Below, in pieces: positions 61,132 through 64,000 of a stretch of DNA of 64,000 nucleotides. The first letter of the stretch is position 1. Every line of letters starts with the position of its first letter. The DNA is from Macrostomum lignano (lineage: Eukaryota). A program made the position numbers and the translations under genes. The stretch covers positions 184,635 to 248,634 of the forward strand of contig NIVC01001698.1 of the NCBI GenBank assembly GCA_002269645.1, given 5' to 3'. The notes below the pieces were generated by a model, which saw nothing but the letters and a program-made list of their open reading frames with translations, had not been told where the DNA came from and did no database searches.

Positions 61132-64000
61132 ATGCTAATTCATGCAGGCATTCAATTCAGCTCGGCTATTCACGCTAGTGCGCATGATGACACGCTGCAG
61201 GTCAGACGCTTCACTCCAGCATCAAGAGGTCTCGAGCCATTTCATTTTTTATCATCAACGAAGTTTGCAGTGCTACAGGCTGTTGAGATGAGATTCGATT
61301 CATCCGAGAATAAATCTATTCGAGCGCAGCTTAAGTTCAACATTAGAATGGTGAGAATCAAGGAAGCTGCGGTAATCAATGCAGAAGATAAGTGGATCGC
61401 ATGCGGTCTTGAGCTTCTCTCTGATCTAAGAGATTTTGAATTGTGGTGGTTGCAGCAGTTTTCTGAGCTGGAACGCAAGATTGATGCCTACAATTCAAAT
61501 GGGAGCGGTTGGATAGTTGAGCAAATCAACTATTTTGATCTGTGCTCTGCCCTCACTGATCGCATTCGCTACTATCGTGGACGATGCGCGAATTTTTCTT
61601 TGCCCAATCAGCTGGCCGTTAAGAAGGCCATAATCAACCCACCGAGCGATGGAAACAATTGCTTTCTGTTTGCCTGTCTCGCTTACCTGCACAACAGAGA
61701 TCCAGGTGTGATGAAGTCTTGCCATCGACTAACAACTTACAGCAGATGGTTGGATGAAATCGATCTGAGCGGCATCGCACTACAGTCGCAATTTCCGATT
61801 TAGACGTTATAGAGGAAAAGAATTCCGAAATCTGTTTCACAGTTTTTAGCTGGGAAGATGATGAGGCCTATGTCATTCGCCAGCCTCTTCCTGGGATTTG
61901 TGCCTCTCGCAAGGTTATTCCTCTACTCTTGCTTCGCAACTCCAGCTCCGATGATGCTGATGATGATGATGGTGGTGATGAGAATTGTGGGACTGGACAC
62001 TGGTGTGCAGTTTCGAACTTGGACCGGCTCCTGAACAGCAAAAAAGGTCTGAGGAATCGCAAATGGTGTGAGAAGTGCATTTCTCCGTTTCGATTCCAGG
62101 AAGAGTTGGAGCAGCATCGAGACAGCTGCAATCCTCAACTGAAACCAGCCATCATGGAGCGCATGCCTGATGCAAGTAGCAACACAATGCAGTTCATGGC
62201 TTGGGAAAAGACAATCAGTCCCCCATTTGTTGTCTACGCAGATTTTGAAGCTCTGAACACCCCACGTGAACCAGTGAAGCCTGAAAGAGAAGTTACTGTC
62301 ACCAAGTTAACTGAGCATGTACCTGTAGCTGCTGGCTACATTGTTATTCCAAGAGAGGGTATGAGCAGCAAAATTCTGAGGCCGAGTGAGGATGTTTTCC
62401 TCTGCAGCGGACCCAATCCGAATTCTGTCGTGAAACAGTTTTTGGCCTCACTCGAACGTCTTGCTCGTGAAGTTTATGGTTGGAATACCGAGTTTAGTCA
62501 TCAGATTGCTGACAGAAACAGTGATGACAACAGGCGCAGCTTTCAAGATTCCACACAGTGCTATTTATGCAATGCAGTGTTCATTTCATCTTCTGACAAG
62601 CACTGGGATCACGACCACCTCAGCGGTCAATACAAGGGTGCTGCCTGCGCTTCGTGTAACCAGCTTGCTCGGCTGAAACGGCGATTTTTGCCAATAGTTT
62701 TCCACAATCTTCGCGGATATGACCTGCATTTGATTTTCTCAACTGCGCTGGGTGACATGACTGGTTGGAGGGTGAGCGTCATCCCCCAAACTGCTGAGTC
62801 GTACCTCTCCATGAGGGTCGAGTTCCAGATTGATGAGTATGAGAAAGATGGCGTTAAAAAGCCCCCTGTTTTTCACGCTACAATTCATCGACTCACTGCA
62901 ATTCCTACACAGCAGTCTCTCTCAACTTATTAAGAACTTGCCGGAGGGACAACTGCCCCATCACTAATGCGATGCGATCAAAGTATCCAAATCTCTCAAG
63001 CGATGTACTGTTTAGTAAGGGAGTTTTCCCGTATGATTATCTCTCGAATTTGAATGTGCTCGATGATCGCCAACTACCAAAAGTAGAAAGCTTTTTTAAC
63101 CGACTCACCAACAGCCACTGTACCGAGGCGGAGTATCGGCATGCGCAGAAGGCCTGGACTGAATTCGAATCTACAACATTGCGCGATTACATGCTCTGCT
63201 ACTTGGAGCTGGACATCAGGCAACTAGCAGATATCTTTGAAGGGTTTCGAAGGCTGAGTTTGCAGGAAGACAAGCTAGATCCGGTGCATTTTGTGTCAAC
63301 TCCAGGCTTATCATTCGCTTCTGCACTAAAGTCTTCTCAAGTCAAGATCGAACTGCTAACTGACCTCGAGATGTATAAAATGTTTGAGAAAGGAATTCGG
63401 GGTGGAATGTCTTTTGTCAATGTACATCATGTCCAGAGCGAAAGTAGTGATGATGATAATGAACCAGCAGGTAGGAGTTTACTGGCTGTTGATGCTAATA
63501 ACCTTTATGGTCATGCGCTCACAATGCCCTACCTGTTGGCGGCTTTCGCTGGCTCAGTCAAGAGGAGCTGTGCTCCTGTCCGAGTGCCGCTTTCTTTCCC
63601 TGGATGATGACGCTCCAATCGCTACCTTGTCGAAGCGGATTTGCTCTACCCAGCCGAATCCACACGGCAACGGAGGATCTTCCATTCGCCCCAGAGAAAA
63701 GGTGTCCGAATTTCGAAGAATTTCCGCAGTACATCGAGAATTATGGGTACTGCTTCAACATGACAATGATCATTCTCATCATCATCAGCAGCAGCAGCCC
63801 GACGCGAACACGACTGAGAATCCTACCGTTGCGCGCTACCGTGGAGTACAAAAAATTAATGCTCACATGGCCACAACAAGTTTCCTATGTACTGCACTCG
63901 TCTGCTCTCCGATTCTATCTATCGCACGGAATGAAGTTGCATGGACTCCACAGGATGATCGAATTCAGGCAAGAACCTGTCTTCGCGGACTACATCAAGA
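61132..64000 (+). CDS. Protein-primed family-B DNA polymerase (Polinton type) with C2H2-like and endonuclease-VII-like modules; frameshifted, 3'-truncated by the window
   Basis: NCFLFACL, CEKC..EQH..C, PFVVYADFEAL, CYLC..DHDHLSGQYKGAACASCN, FHNLRGYDLHLI, FIDSLQFL, KGVFPYDY, LADIFEGFR..LDPVHFVSTPGLSF, EKGIRGGMS, DANNLYGHA, and (frame-corrected) PLPVGGFRWL and DLPFAPEK. Confidence 0.88.

Larger units (their letters stand above)
57808..64000 (+). mobile_element. Polinton/Maverick-like (adintovirus-type) element, right end outside the window
   Basis: Intronless ORFs including a protein-primed PolB. Candidate terminus AGTAGT at 57808, followed by repeated TGGACTCTGCCGC motifs (57823, 57901, 58311). 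The left boundary is inferred. Confidence 0.6.

Overview
Eukaryotic (animal) genomic DNA: GC-rich spliced exons, GT-AG introns often filled by minisatellites, and AT-rich TE-derived spacers. The style (high GC3, intronic minisatellites, an animal USP gene) suggests a free-living flatworm such as Macrostomum; this is inference only. I reconstructed exon structures by hand for an anoctamin (minus, 5 exons, one in-frame TAG), an SLCO/OATP transporter (plus, 9 exons), HMBS (minus, 2 exons), a membrane-anchored cupin/JmjC protein (minus, 3 exons), an 11-beta-HSD-like SDR (plus, 3 exons), a 102-aa secreted orphan (minus, 2 exons) and SCP2/SCPx (minus, 6 exons, ends AKL). There is also an EGF-TM exon and a terminal USP exon. 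Mobile DNA comprises a CMC/EnSpm-like non-autonomous element, a mariner relic, a piggyBac with TTAA TSD, a hAT MITE with 8-bp TSD, other MITEs, three tRNA-derived CORE-SINE copies, and a Polinton/Maverick-like region (zinc-finger ORF plus protein-primed PolB) running off the right edge. The most striking unexplained signal is a local CpA/TpG->TpA plus CpG hypermutation pattern in repeats, with kb-scale CpG deserts, resembling fungal RIP. A second theme is tandem arrays built from functional signals: a splice acceptor, a poly(A) signal and a transposase HTH.
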